Made by a program: the position numbers and the translations under genes
Shown here: piece after piece, positions 1 through 10,676 of the stretch
Numbering within the stretch: position 1 is the stretch's first letter
How the letters are laid out: each line of letters opens with the position of its first letter
Assembly: GCF_934196125.1 (NCBI RefSeq)
Contig: NZ_CAKPVT010000003.1
Length of the DNA stretch: 64,000 bases
Strand: one strand, 5' to 3'
DNA from: an uncultured Streptococcus sp.
GTDB taxonomy: Bacteria > Bacillota > Bacilli > Lactobacillales > Streptococcaceae
Notes under the pieces: model-generated
Told to the model about the DNA's origin: nothing
The model's database searches: none
The model's input: only the letters and a program-made list of their open reading frames with translations

Positions 1-1962
1 GTTGTTCGTCAAGAAGATATGGTACAACGTCCATTAAACTTTGCATTGGTCGATGAAGTTGACTCTGTCTTGATTGATGAAGCAAGAACGCCATTGATTG
101 TTTCAGGTCAAGCAAGTTCAGAAACAAGCCAACTTTACATTCGTGCGGATCGCTTTGTAAAAACATTGACAAGTGTTGATTACGCTATTGATGTACCTAC
201 AAAAACAATCGGTTTGACTGATTATGGTATTGATAAAGCAGAAGAATACTTCCACTTGGAAAATCTTTATGACTTGGAAAATGTTGCTCTAACGCACTAC
301 ATTGATAATGCCCTTCGTGCTAACTACATCATGCTTTTAGATATTGATTATGTGGTTAATCAAATGGAAGAAATCTTGATTGTTGACCAATTTACAGGTC
401 GTACAATGGAAGGACGCCGTTTCTCTGATGGTTTGCACCAAGCTATCGAAGCCAAAGAGGGCGTGCCTATCCAAGACGAATCTAAAACAAGTGCCTCAAT
501 TACTTACCAAAATATGTTCCGTATGTACAAAAAATTGGCTGGTATGACAGGTACTGCAAAAACAGAAGAGGATGAATTCCGCGAAGTTTACAATATGCGC
601 GTCATTCCAATCCCAACAAACAAACCTGTGGCACGTATTGACCATTCAGACCTTCTATATCCAACACTTGACTCTAAATTTAGAGCTGTTGTTGCAGATG
701 TTAAGGCTCGTCATGAAAAAGGTCAACCAGTCTTGGTTGGTACTGTTGCAGTAGAAACATCAGACCTTATTTCTAAGAAATTGGTTGAAGCTGGTGTGCC
801 ACACGAAGTTTTGAATGCGAAAAATCACTTCAAAGAAGCACAAATTATCATGAATGCTGGTCAACGTGGTGCTGTTACAATTGCGACAAACATGGCTGGT
901 CGTGGTACCGATATTAAACTTGGTGAAGGTGTTCGTGAACTTGGTGGGCTTTGTGTCATTGGTACAGAACGTCATGAAAGCCGTCGTATTGATAATCAGC
1001 TTCGTGGTCGTTCAGGTCGTCAAGGTGACCCAGGTGAATCACAATTTTACCTTTCACTTGAAGACGATTTGATGCGTCGTTTTGGTTCAGACCGTATCAA
1101 GGTATTTCTTGACCGCATGAACCTTGAGGAAGAAGAAGCTGTCATTAAATCTAAAATGTTGACACGTCAAGTTGAATCAGCTCAAAAACGTGTTGAAGGT
1201 AATAACTACGATACTCGTAAACAAGTCTTGCAATATGATGACGTGATGCGTGAACAACGTGAAATCATTTACGAAGAACGTCGTGATGTTATCACAGCAG
1301 ACCGTGACCTGGCTCCTGAAATCAAAGCTATGGTTAAACGCACAATCAATCGTGCCGTTGATGCTCACAGTCGTGCAGACCGCGAAGAAGGTATCCTAGC
1401 AATCTTGAACTTTGCCAAAGCAAATTTGGTTGCTGAAGATTCAATCAGCTTGTCTGATTTAGAAGATTTAGACTTTGAAGCAATCAAAGAAAACTTGTAC
1501 GAACGTGCTTTGAAAGTTTACGATGCACAAATTGCTAAAATACAAAACCAAGAAGCTGTTATCGAATTCCAAAAAGTTTTGATTTTGATGGTTGTTGACA
1601 ACAAATGGACTGACCATATCGATGCTCTTGAACACTTGCGTCAATCAGTTGGTTTGCGTGGTTATGCCCAAAATAACCCTGTTGTTGAATACCAAGCTGA
1701 AGGTTTCCGTATGTTCCAAGCAATGATTGGAGCGATTGAATTTGATGTCACACGTACAATGATGAAAGCTCAGATTCACCAAAAAGAACGTGAACATTCA
1801 TCACAACGTGCAACAACAATGGCAGAAAAGAATATTGCTGCGCAAACTGTTCGTGCTCAAGCTGACAGCGATATTGATTTTTCCAAAGTTAAACGCAATG
1901 ACTTGTGCCCTTGTGGCTCTGGTAAAAAATTCAAAAATTGCCACGGTCGTAAACAATTTTAA
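1..1962 (+). CDS. secA: Preprotein translocase ATPase SecA, C-terminal about 650 aa (5' end lies outside the window)
   Basis: Translation has SecA helical scaffold/wing motifs and the C-terminal zinc-binding tail ...[14 protein letters not shown]. The ORF runs in from the window edge. Confidence 0.95.
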   Translation, partial: VVRQEDMVQRPLNFALVDEVDSVLIDEARTPLIVSGQASSETSQLYIRADRFVKTLTSVDYAIDVPTKTIGLTDYGIDKAEEYFHLENLYDLENVALTHYIDNALRANYIMLLDIDYVVNQMEEILIVDQFTGRTMEGRRFSDGLHQAIEAKEGVPIQDESKTSASITYQNMFRMYKKLAGMTGTAKTEEDEFREVYNMRVIPIPTNKPVARIDHSDLLYPTLDSKFRAVVADVKARHEKGQPVLVGTVAVETSDLISKKLVEAGVPHEVLNAKNHFKEAQIIMNAGQRGAVTIATNMAGRGTDIKLGEGVRELGGLCVIGTERHESRRIDNQLRGRSGRQGDPGESQFYLSLEDDLMRRFGSDRIKVFLDRMNLEEEEAVIKSKMLTRQVESAQKRVEGNNYDTRKQVLQYDDVMREQREIIYEERRDVITADRDLAPEIKAMVKRTINRAVDAHSRADREEGILAILNFAKANLVAEDSISLSDLEDLDFEAIKENLYERALKVYDAQIAKIQNQEAVIEFQKVLILMVVDNKWTDHIDALEHLRQSVGLRGYAQNNPVVEYQAEGFRMFQAMIGAIEFDVTRTMMKAQIHQKEREHSSQRATTMAEKNIAAQTVRAQADSDIDFSKVKRNDLCPCGSGKKFKNCHGRKQF

Positions 1963-2058
1963 AAAGTCGATAGAAAATTCTGAAAAATCAATTGAAAACT
2001 CGCCTGAAAATGGTATAATAGAAAGAATCTAAAGTTTCTATTCAGGAGAGGAAAAATC

Positions 2059-3114
2059 ATGTCATTTAAAGCAACAAGTAAAAAGATTAATTTCGATGCT
2101 CTTAAAGAAGAATCAAAATTAACTGGTGACGTTCTGGCTAAAAAAGAAGCTCGTGATCGCGAATTAGAAGCTATCATTAAAGGTGAAGATGACCGAGTTC
2201 TTTTGGTTATCGGCCCTTGCTCATCTGATAATGAAGATGCTGTGCTTGAATACGCTCATCGTTTGGCAAAACTTCAAGAAGAAGTTAAAGACCGTGTCTT
2301 TATGGTAATGCGTGTCTACACAGCAAAACCACGTACGAATGGTGATGGTTATAAAGGTTTGATGCACCAACCTGATACATCAGAAGCACCAAGTTTGATT
2401 AACGGTATTAAAGCCGTTCGTCACCTTCATTATCGTGTGATTTCAGAGACTGGCTTAACAACAGCAGATGAAATGCTTTATCCAGAAAATCTTCCATTGG
2501 TAGATGATTTGGTATCTTATATTGCTGTTGGTGCGCGTTCAGTTGAAGACCAACAACACCGCTTTGTTGCTTCAGGCATTAGTGTCCCAACAGGGATGAA
2601 AAATCCTACTTCAGGTAACTTGAACGTTATGTTTAATGGTATTTATGCTGCACAAAATAAACAAAACTTTATTTACCATAACGCTGAAGTTGATACTGAC
2701 GGAAATCCATTGGCACATGCGATTCTTCGTGGAGCAACGAATGAACATGGCGAAAATGAACCGAATTATTACTATGATGATTTGTTGAAAGCTATTGAGC
2801 TTTATGAGAAAATGGGCTTAGAAAATCCATTTATCGTTGTTGACACAAATCATGATAATTCAGGGAAAAATTACCTTGAACAAATTCGTATCGTTCGTCA
2901 AACATTGATTAATCGTGATTGGAATGATAAGATTAATAAGTACGTTCGTGGTTTCATGATTGAATCTTACTTAGAAGATGGTCGTCAAGACGCACCAGAA
3001 GTATTTGGTAAATCTATTACAGACCCATGTCTTGGCTGGAAAAAAACAGAACAACTTATTCGTGAAATTCATGCCACACTAAGTCATGATTCTTTTGAAG
3101 AATTGCTATTCTAA
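2059..3114 (+). CDS. 3-deoxy-7-phosphoheptulonate (DAHP) synthase, class I
   Basis: 351 aa. RBS aggagagg 8 nt upstream. Sequence resembles AroG/AroF-type DAHP synthases (GPCS...KPRT motifs). Confidence 0.8.
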   Translation: MSFKATSKKINFDALKEESKLTGDVLAKKEARDRELEAIIKGEDDRVLLVIGPCSSDNEDAVLEYAHRLAKLQEEVKDRVFMVMRVYTAKPRTNGDGYKGLMHQPDTSEAPSLINGIKAVRHLHYRVISETGLTTADEMLYPENLPLVDDLVSYIAVGARSVEDQQHRFVASGISVPTGMKNPTSGNLNVMFNGIYAAQNKQNFIYHNAEVDTDGNPLAHAILRGATNEHGENEPNYYYDDLLKAIELYEKMGLENPFIVVDTNHDNSGKNYLEQIRIVRQTLINRDWNDKINKYVRGFMIESYLEDGRQDAPEVFGKSITDPCLGWKKTEQLIREIHATLSHDSFEELLF

Positions 3115-3234
3115 TAATTGAATAACCTATGGGGCTGGGGAATTTTCTCAGCTCCTTAGTTTTGGAAATCATTAAGCGGTTAAGCTGATAAAACGTTTGA
3201 ATTGGTAAAAAATCGTTTTTCATAAAGGAGACGT

Positions 3235-3594
3235 ATGATTATTGGTCACGGCATTGATTTGCAGGAAATTGATGCAATCAAGCGAGCCTATGAGAAAAAT
3301 AACAGATTTGCTAAGCGAGTGTTGACAGACAAAGAATTCCAATGTTTTTCGGAGCAAAAAAGCACGAAACGACAGATGGAGTTTTTGGCGGGACGTTGGG
3401 CGGCAAAAGAAGCCTTTGCAAAGGCAATGGGGACTGGAATTGGAACACTTGGTTTAAAGGATATTGAAATTTTAAACAACCAATTAGGTGCGCCTGTGAT
3501 TACCCGGTCACCTTTCTCAGGGAAGTGCTTTATTTCACTTTCTCATACAGGAAACCTTGTTCAAGCCAGTGTTATTTTGGAAGATAATAGCTGA
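3235..3594 (+). CDS. acpS: Holo-[acyl-carrier-protein] synthase
   Basis: 119 aa, begins MIIGHGIDL...; RBS aaaggag. Sits in the conserved acpS-alr pair. Confidence 0.9.
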   Translation: MIIGHGIDLQEIDAIKRAYEKNNRFAKRVLTDKEFQCFSEQKSTKRQMEFLAGRWAAKEAFAKAMGTGIGTLGLKDIEILNNQLGAPVITRSPFSGKCFISLSHTGNLVQASVILEDNS

Positions 3595-3650
3595 ACAATG
3601 AAATTGAAACAAAAACATTCAAAAAATTTTCTAGCTTTGGAGGAGATAAA

Positions 3651-4757
3651 ATGATTTCAAGTTTACACAGACCAACAAAGGCAGTCATTGATTTAGATGC
3701 CATTTGTCAAAATATTGATGCGGTTAAAGCCAATATACCACAAGATAAAAAGGCTTTTGCAGTTGTTAAAGCTAATGCTTATGGACACGGTGCCACAAAC
3801 GTAGCGCAAGCTATTCATCATCTTGTGGATGGATTCTGTGTGTCAAATATTGATGAAGCTTTGGAATTACGTGAAGCAGGTATTGAGGAAACAATCCTTA
3901 TTTTAGGTGTTATTATGCCTGATGAGGTGGCTTTGGCGCGTGATTACCATGTTACTTTGACAGTTGCTAGTCAAGAATGGCTTGATTTGGCAAATGAACA
4001 AGGTATTAGCTTAGCTGGTTTGGACGTTCACTTGAAAGTGGATTCTGGTATGGGACGAATCGGTGTGCGCAGTCTTGATGAAGCAGAAAATGTGATTGCG
4101 AATTTGAAAAAAGCTGGGGCTAACGTTGTAGGTATCTTTACGCATTTTGCAACAGCAGACGAAGCTGACGATACGAAATTTAATGAACAGTTGGAATTCT
4201 TTACGAATTTGGTTAATAATTTGAGCGACAAGCCTGCTATTGTCCATGCTAGTAATTCAGCAACAAGTATTTGGCATAGTGAAACCATTTTTAACCTTGT
4301 TCGACTTGGGATTGTCATGTATGGATTGAATCCAAGTGGAACAGAGCTTGATTTGCCTTATCCGCTTAAACCAGCGCTTAGTTTGGAATCATCATTGGTT
4401 CATGTTAAGACGATTCCTGCTGGTGCAACGGTTGGCTACGGTGCTACCTATACTGCTCAAAAAGAGGAATATATCGCAACTGTTCCAATTGGTTACGCAG
4501 ACGGTTGGACACGTGATTTACAAGGGTTTTCAGTACTTGTGAATGGCGAATTTTGTGAAATCGTTGGACGCGTGTCAATGGATCAAATTACCGTTCGCTT
4601 GCCAGAAAAACTTCCAATCGGAACGAAAGTTACTTTGATTGGTCAAGAGGGCGATAAGGTTATTTCAGCGACAGATTTGGCTCAAAAACGTGGCACAATC
4701 AATTACGAAGTTCTTTGTCTATTGAGTGACCGTATTCCACGTGTTTATTCAAAATAA
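3651..4757 (+). CDS. alr: Alanine racemase
   Basis: 368 aa with the PLP-lysine motif [10 protein letters not shown]; RBS ggagg. Confidence 0.92.
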   Translation: MISSLHRPTKAVIDLDAICQNIDAVKANIPQDKKAFAVVKANAYGHGATNVAQAIHHLVDGFCVSNIDEALELREAGIEETILILGVIMPDEVALARDYHVTLTVASQEWLDLANEQGISLAGLDVHLKVDSGMGRIGVRSLDEAENVIANLKKAGANVVGIFTHFATADEADDTKFNEQLEFFTNLVNNLSDKPAIVHASNSATSIWHSETIFNLVRLGIVMYGLNPSGTELDLPYPLKPALSLESSLVHVKTIPAGATVGYGATYTAQKEEYIATVPIGYADGWTRDLQGFSVLVNGEFCEIVGRVSMDQITVRLPEKLPIGTKVTLIGQEGDKVISATDLAQKRGTINYEVLCLLSDRIPRVYSK

Positions 4758-4768
4758 ATGATAAAAAG

Positions 4769-4816
4769 ATTCTATCTTGCTGTAAGAAACTTGCGGCGAT
4801 TTAGAATCTATTTTTT
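4769..4816 (+). terminator. Rho-independent terminator after alr; the recG extended -10 (TGnTATAAT) follows
   Basis: Stem AGATTCTA...TAGAATCT followed by a T-run. Then ttgttataat. Confidence 0.5.
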
Positions 4817-4843
4817 GTTATAATAGTAGCAAAGTGAGGTCAT

Positions 4844-6859
4844 ATGAATTTACAATCATCAATTGTGGAATTAAAAGGAATAGGGGCTAAGTCGGCGGAA
4901 AAATTTTATAAGTTAGATATTTATAGCATTGAAGATTTACTGCTGTACTATCCTTTTCGATATGAAGATTTTAAGAGCAAGCGTGTTTCAGAGCTTGCTG
5001 ATGGGGAAAAAGCTGTTATTACGGGAACGGTTGTGACACCTGCAAATGTGCAATATTATGGTTATAAGCGTAATTGTTTGTCGTTTAAAATCAAGCAGGG
5101 CGAAGCGGTTATTGCGATTTCTTTTTTTAACCAGCCTTATTTAGCTGATAAAGTCGAGATTGGCAGCGATATCGCGATTTTTGGAAAATGGGATGCCCTG
5201 AAATCAGCGGTGACTGGTATGAAAATTTTAGCGCAAGTTGAAGATGATATGCAGCCAGTTTACCGTGTTGCTCAAGGTATTTCACAAAATGCACTGGTCA
5301 AAGCTATCAAATCAGCTTTTGAAATTGGTGCTCAGAATTGGTTGCCTGAAAATTTACCGCAGGTGCTTTTGGACAAGTATCGTTTGTTAGAGCGTGCTCA
5401 AGCAACGGCTGCTATGCACTTTCCGAAAGATTTAGCAGAGTATAAACAAGCACTTCGTCGGATAAAATTTGAAGAACTGTTCTATTTCCAAATGAATTTG
5501 CAAGCTTTAAAGGCAGACAATAAATCAGAAACTAATGGTTTGGCGATTGCTTATGATGAGCAAAAAGTTGCTGATAAGATTGCAGCTCTGCCATTTACCT
5601 TGACGGGTGGGCAAAGGCGCAGTCTTGAAGATATTTTGGCGGATATGCGTTCTGGTGGTCATATGAATCGTCTCTTGCAAGGGGACGTTGGTTCTGGTAA
5701 GACGGTTGTGGCTAGTCTTGCCATGTATGCTACTTATACGGCAGGTTTTCAATCAGCTTTGATGGTGCCAACGGAAATTTTGGCGGAGCAGCATTTTGAA
5801 AGTTTGACCCAGCTTTTTCCAAATTTGTCCATTGCAATTTTAACATCAGGGATGAAAACAGCAGCCAAACAAGCGGCACTTTCGGCGATTGCGGATGGTT
5901 CGGTAGATATGATTGTTGGTACGCATGCGCTGATTCAAGATGCGGTAACTTACCACCGCTTGGGGCTTGTCATTACTGATGAACAACATCGTTTTGGTGT
6001 CAATCAACGTCGTGTTTTCCGTGAAAAGGGCGAAAATCCAGATGTGCTCATGATGACTGCGACACCAATTCCACGGACACTTGCCATTACAACTTTTGGT
6101 GAAATGGACGTTGCGATTATTGATGAATTGCCTGCAGGGCGCAAACCGATTATCACGCGTTGGGTTAAACATGAACAGTTGGAAGTTGTGCTTGATTGGG
6201 TCAAAAAAGAATTGCAAAAAGGGGCACAAGCCTATGTGATTTCACCTTTAATTGAAGAATCTGAATCACTTGATTTGAAAAATGCTGTTGCCTTGCACGA
6301 TGAATTGTCAGCCTATTTTGCGGATAGTGCAACTGTAGCGCTCATGCATGGTCGCATGAAAAATGACGAAAAAGAAGCTATCATGCAAGATTTCAAGGCA
6401 CAAAAAAGTCAGGTTTTGGTATCGACAACCGTCATTGAAGTTGGTGTTAATGTCCCAAATGCGACCATTATGATTATTATGGATGCTGACCGATTTGGGC
6501 TTAGCCAGTTGCATCAGCTTCGTGGACGAGTTGGGCGTGGAGATAAACAATCTTATGCTATTTTAGTTGCCAATCCCAAAACACAAACAGGAAAAGAGCG
6601 CATGAAAATTATGACAGAAACAACGGATGGTTTTGTTTTAGCAGAAGCCGACCTTAAAATGCGTGGTTCAGGTGAGATTTTCGGCACACGCCAATCAGGA
6701 ATTCCAGAATTCCAAGTGGCAGATATTGTCGAAGATTACAATATTCTCGAGGAAGCTAGACGCATTGCAAGTCAGATTGTTTCCGAAAAAGATTGGCAAA
6801 ACAATCCACAATGGCAAATTGTTAGCCAAAATCTCAAAGACAAAGGAACTTTTGATTAA
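4844..6859 (+). CDS. recG: ATP-dependent DNA helicase RecG
   Basis: 671 aa with Walker A GDVGSGKT, DEQH box and helicase C motifs (QLHQLRGRVGRG). Confidence 0.92.
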   Translation: MNLQSSIVELKGIGAKSAEKFYKLDIYSIEDLLLYYPFRYEDFKSKRVSELADGEKAVITGTVVTPANVQYYGYKRNCLSFKIKQGEAVIAISFFNQPYLADKVEIGSDIAIFGKWDALKSAVTGMKILAQVEDDMQPVYRVAQGISQNALVKAIKSAFEIGAQNWLPENLPQVLLDKYRLLERAQATAAMHFPKDLAEYKQALRRIKFEELFYFQMNLQALKADNKSETNGLAIAYDEQKVADKIAALPFTLTGGQRRSLEDILADMRSGGHMNRLLQGDVGSGKTVVASLAMYATYTAGFQSALMVPTEILAEQHFESLTQLFPNLSIAILTSGMKTAAKQAALSAIADGSVDMIVGTHALIQDAVTYHRLGLVITDEQHRFGVNQRRVFREKGENPDVLMMTATPIPRTLAITTFGEMDVAIIDELPAGRKPIITRWVKHEQLEVVLDWVKKELQKGAQAYVISPLIEESESLDLKNAVALHDELSAYFADSATVALMHGRMKNDEKEAIMQDFKAQKSQVLVSTTVIEVGVNVPNATIMIIMDADRFGLSQLHQLRGRVGRGDKQSYAILVANPKTQTGKERMKIMTETTDGFVLAEADLKMRGSGEIFGTRQSGIPEFQVADIVEDYNILEEARRIASQIVSEKDWQNNPQWQIVSQNLKDKGTFD

Positions 6860-7035
6860 GGTTTATGAAAGTTTTCTGCAAGGATAAGTTAAGCTTTGCT
6901 TCTTATAATGACCCTATCAAATGAAACGAGAGGTAAAGCTTATGACAGTAAAAGTAACCTACAAAAAGTATTTTGCCCAAAAAATTCATGTGAAACCAGC
7001 TTACGGAAAGTAAGCTGAAAAAAGGGTACTCTTTT

Positions 7036-7410
7036 TTGATAAAACGCTATGGTACAAGATGTGTCTTAGTACAGATAATACAGGGACTATTAGTGATATC
7101 GTTAATTTTTCCTTGTAAGTATTTTAACCTTCCAATTCCAGATGTTGCCCTAATTATTATTTCATCTTGTATTACAATATGTATTGAATTGCCTATCAAT
7201 TATAAAAATACCTATTCACCTGCTAATTGTACACTTGCTAATGCGACATTTATTATTTCATGTACAGCTGTGCAAAATACAGGCATATTTGCTAGTAGAG
7301 TTTTAGAGTGTATTGCTGGATTTTTGATTGGATATTTTGTCGGTTCTGTTGCAAAGTTTTCCGAAAAAATCTATTTTAGTGTATTAATTAACCTTCAATG
7401 TATTCTTTGA
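7036..7410 (+). CDS. Hypothetical Cys-rich small membrane protein (doubtful)
   Basis: 124-aa ORF with a TTG start and no clear SD, in an AT-rich 530-bp gap. Its 3' end overlaps the convergent ansA by about 20 bp. Confidence 0.15.
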   Translation: MIKRYGTRCVLVQIIQGLLVISLIFPCKYFNLPIPDVALIIISSCITICIELPINYKNTYSPANCTLANATFIISCTAVQNTGIFASRVLECIAGFLIGYFVGSVAKFSEKIYFSVLINLQCIL

Positions 7411-8350
7411 GGGCTTGTCCTTTTAAGCCAGCGTTTAAGGCAATGAGCAATTTCAAGCGTGCTTTTTGGGCGTTGAGTTCTTTGACAAACATGACACCAG
7501 CTTTGGCGAGTTGCACACCGCCACCTTCATAAGCATAAACTGGCTCGGCGATTCCGTTGAAACAACGTGAAACGAGAACAACAGGCACACCTTGTTTGAT
7601 TAAATCAACGATTTCTTGAGCTGCGCGTGGTGGCACATTTCCAGCGCCAAGGGCTTCGACAACAACGCCACAGACATTGCTAGGATTTAGGAAACTGATA
7701 ATGCCGTCTCCTCCCATACCAGCGTAAGCTTTTACAATAGGAACCGTCCCTGAAATATCCTGCAAATCAAAACGGACACGTGGGTCAGCCGTTCTAAAGA
7801 CAAGAATGTCATGTTTTGTAATCAGACCAAGTGGACCGTGGATTGGTGTTTGAAAGGTTGAAACGTTAGTAGTATGCGTTTTTGTGACGTATTTGGCTGC
7901 GTGAATCTCATCGTTCATGACAACGAGAACACCTTTTCCGATAGCTTGGTCATGACTAGCCACACGAAGGGCACTAAGATAATTATAAACACCATCACTA
8001 CCAAGCTCGTTTGATGAGCGCATAGCACCCGTTAGGACAATAGGAATATTGGGAATTGCCATTGTATCAAGGAAATAAGCCGTTTCCTCTAGGGTATCTG
8101 TGCCATGAGTGATGACAATGCCGTCATAGTTATTAGCGTTTTTCTTAATCTCTTGGTAGAGTTTTAGCATATGTTTAGGTGTAATGTGCGGGCTTGGAAG
8201 ATTAAAAAAATCAAGTGCCGTCACTTGAATGTTTTCAAGATTAACCCCAACATGATTCATTGGATTATCAGTATCTGGGCGGACATTACCTGCTTCATCA
8301 GCGTGCATAGAAATGGTACCACCAGTATGCAGAACAAGGATTTTTTTCAT
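7388..8350 (-). CDS. ansA: L-asparaginase (type I)
   Basis: 320 aa, MKKILVLHTGGTISM... (TGGTI catalytic motif). RBS aaggaag. Confidence 0.88.
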   Translation of the reverse strand: MKKILVLHTGGTISMHADEAGNVRPDTDNPMNHVGVNLENIQVTALDFFNLPSPHITPKHMLKLYQEIKKNANNYDGIVITHGTDTLEETAYFLDTMAIPNIPIVLTGAMRSSNELGSDGVYNYLSALRVASHDQAIGKGVLVVMNDEIHAAKYVTKTHTTNVSTFQTPIHGPLGLITKHDILVFRTADPRVRFDLQDISGTVPIVKAYAGMGGDGIISFLNPSNVCGVVVEALGAGNVPPRAAQEIVDLIKQGVPVVLVSRCFNGIAEPVYAYEGGGVQLAKAGVMFVKELNAQKARLKLLIALNAGLKGQALKEYIEG

Positions 8351-8420
8351 TATTATAAAACTTCCTTTAAAAATGTGTTATAATCTATTTTAACATAAAG
8401 ATGGAGGGTAAGGAACCGAT

Positions 8421-9824
8421 TTGGCGATAAAAGCAGTCTTTTTTGATATTGATGGAACTCTTTTAAACGACCGAAAAAATGTGCAACAATCAACACAAAA
8501 AGCCATTAAAAGTTTGAAAAAACAAGGAATTTTTGTTGGTCTGGCGACAGGGCGCGGACCAAGTTTTGTACAACCGTATCTTGAAAATCTTGGCTTAGAT
8601 TTTGCGGTAACCTATAACGGGCAATATATTTTTACACGTGATCAAGTGCTTTATCATAATCAATTGCCTGTTTCAGCCATTTATCGTATTATTCGTTATG
8701 CGAGTGATAGGCGCCGTGAAATTTCTCTGGGAACGGCATCTGGTTTAGTTGGTTCACATATTATTGATATGGGAACTAGTCGTTTTGGACAAGTGGTTAG
8801 CACGATTGTCCCAAAACGTTGGGCAAAAGTGGTGGAGCGTAGCTTTAAGCATTTGATTCGTCGTTTCAAACCGCAAAATTTGAACAATCTGTTAACTATT
8901 ATGCGCCAGCCGATTTACCAAATCGTTCTTGTTGCAACTGAAGGTGAGACTGATGAGATTCAGGAAGCTTTTCCTTATATCAAAATCACACGTAGTAGCC
9001 CTTATTCTGCGGACTTAATCTCAAAAGAACAATCAAAGATAAAAGGGATTGAGCGTGTGGGTGAGATGTTTGGCTTTGAATTAGCTGAAGTCATGGCATT
9101 TGGTGATTCTGATAATGATATTGAGATGTTATCAGGTGTCGGTATTGGTGTGGCTATGGAAAATGCCAAAAGCTCGGTCAAAGAACTCGCTCACTATACA
9201 ACTGACAGCAATAACAATGATGGTATTTCAAAGGCTTTGGCTCATTACGGCTTAATTCATTTTAAAGTTGAAGAAAGTTTTGAAAGTCAAGACGAGAATT
9301 TCAATAAAGTTAAGGATTTTCATCATCTTATGGACAGTGAGACTTGCGAAACACCACGATTGTACGGCAGTGAAGAGGCAACACATCGTTCTGATTTTAA
9401 AGTGGAAGAAATTGTCGAATTTCTACATGCGGCAAATAAGGAGAATCCTGAAGCGTTTGAAAAATCGATATCAGATTTGCATGCTGCCATTGGTAAAGCA
9501 GTAAATAAAGTACGAAGTAAAGAACATCCAGAAACACCGCTGGTTGGTCAGGTAGATGCTTTGACGGACTTATTATATTTGACCTATGGTTCATTTGTTT
9601 TGATGGGAGTTGACCCAAAACCGTTTTTTGATACGGTTCATGAAGCCAATATGGGAAAAATCTTTCCTGACGGAAAAGCGCATTTTGATCCTGTAACGCA
9701 TAAAATTTTGAAACCAGATGATTGGGAAGAACGGTTTGCGCCTGAACCTGCTATCAAACGCGAACTTGACCGCCAAATTCAAAAATCATTAAATCGTAAA
9801 AAAAGAAACCAAGCTAGTCATTAA
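8421..9824 (+). CDS. Cof-type HAD-IIB phosphatase fused to a C-terminal all-alpha NTP-pyrophosphohydrolase-like (MazG/HisE-like) domain
   Basis: N-terminal 270 aa carry HAD motifs (FFDIDGTLL...GDSDNDIEM). The remaining 190 aa are a continuous extension with EE-x-x-E and D-x-L-x-D-L-L helices. TTG start with RBS ggaggg/aagga. Confidence 0.65.
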   Translation: MAIKAVFFDIDGTLLNDRKNVQQSTQKAIKSLKKQGIFVGLATGRGPSFVQPYLENLGLDFAVTYNGQYIFTRDQVLYHNQLPVSAIYRIIRYASDRRREISLGTASGLVGSHIIDMGTSRFGQVVSTIVPKRWAKVVERSFKHLIRRFKPQNLNNLLTIMRQPIYQIVLVATEGETDEIQEAFPYIKITRSSPYSADLISKEQSKIKGIERVGEMFGFELAEVMAFGDSDNDIEMLSGVGIGVAMENAKSSVKELAHYTTDSNNNDGISKALAHYGLIHFKVEESFESQDENFNKVKDFHHLMDSETCETPRLYGSEEATHRSDFKVEEIVEFLHAANKENPEAFEKSISDLHAAIGKAVNKVRSKEHPETPLVGQVDALTDLLYLTYGSFVLMGVDPKPFFDTVHEANMGKIFPDGKAHFDPVTHKILKPDDWEERFAPEPAIKRELDRQIQKSLNRKKRNQASH

Positions 9825-9900
9825 CTAACTTGGCTTCTTTTTGTAATTATAGAAGATTGATTAAAAATTATTATTAAAGAGTATCGATATGGCGCAAGAC

Positions 9901-10353
9901 TTAGAAAGTCTTTTCGCTATCACGAACAACTAGCAAATCGATTTTTGCATGACGCATGATGTATTCTGATGAAGAACCGATAAGAAGTCGTTCAAATGTG
10001 TTGAGACCAGTTGCCCCAACCATAATCAAGTCAACTTTTTCTTTGTCAGGAATATCTCGTGCTAGGAGAGTTTTAGGATTACCAAATTCGATAACTTGTT
10101 TGAGCTTCGTTAATCCTTTTTCGCGTGCTTGTTGCTCATAATCGTTCAATACCTCTTTTGCTTCCTGTTCGAGCTTTTCATAAATGTAAGTGTCGAAAGT
10201 AGCAACACTTTGAAGTGCGCGTGTATCAATAACGTGTGTTAGTAGCAACTCAGCATTATTGCGTAGTGCAATGTTTACCCCTTTTTCAAAAGCCAACTCT
10301 GATTCATAAGAACCATCAATCGCAATTAGGATTCGTTCATAATGATGTGACAT
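9901..10353 (-). CDS. Universal stress protein (UspA family)
   Basis: 150 aa, ILIAIDGS...LLLTHV...GATG motifs. RBS aaggaggagg. Confidence 0.85.
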   Translation of the reverse strand: MSHHYERILIAIDGSYESELAFEKGVNIALRNNAELLLTHVIDTRALQSVATFDTYIYEKLEQEAKEVLNDYEQQAREKGLTKLKQVIEFGNPKTLLARDIPDKEKVDLIMVGATGLNTFERLLIGSSSEYIMRHAKIDLLVVRDSEKTF

Positions 10354-10676
10354 AACTGCCTCCTCCTTAATTATGCTAGCAAGAGCGTAAAAGTGACCGA
10401 AAATGTAGGATTAATAAGAAATCTTGGTTTTAGTGACCTAAGGTTAGTTATCCGTGTGCTATTACATCAGGTAAAAGCATCCCGCATTCCAAACTTTCAG
10501 CCCATATCAATAAGTTTAATAAGCTAATTGCGGGATGAACAAGTAGCGTTAAACGCTTACGATTGTTGTTAAAACATCCCTAAGCTTATTATACTCTTTT
10601 TATATGAAAAATGAAAGCGTTTGAAGTATTTTTCTGAATATTTTTTGCTATAATAGAAAAAGCGAGGGAAAAAGTA

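Noticed and set aside
572-1368. Several 60-72 aa ORFs on both strands inside secA (572-754, 760-975, 854-1072, 1177-1368)
   Set aside because: They lie wholly within the well-supported secA reading frame, are out of frame or antisense, and have no RBS.
1975-2010. CodY-like site (AAAATTCTGAAAAAT) upstream of the DAHP synthase gene
   Set aside because: It has 3 mismatches to the 15-bp consensus and overlaps an ordinary TTGAAA-16-TATAAT promoter, which is too weak to call.
5525-6550. Antisense ORFs inside recG (75, 127, 66, 80 aa)
   Set aside because: Embedded antisense in a conserved helicase gene. They reflect codon-usage effects, not genes.
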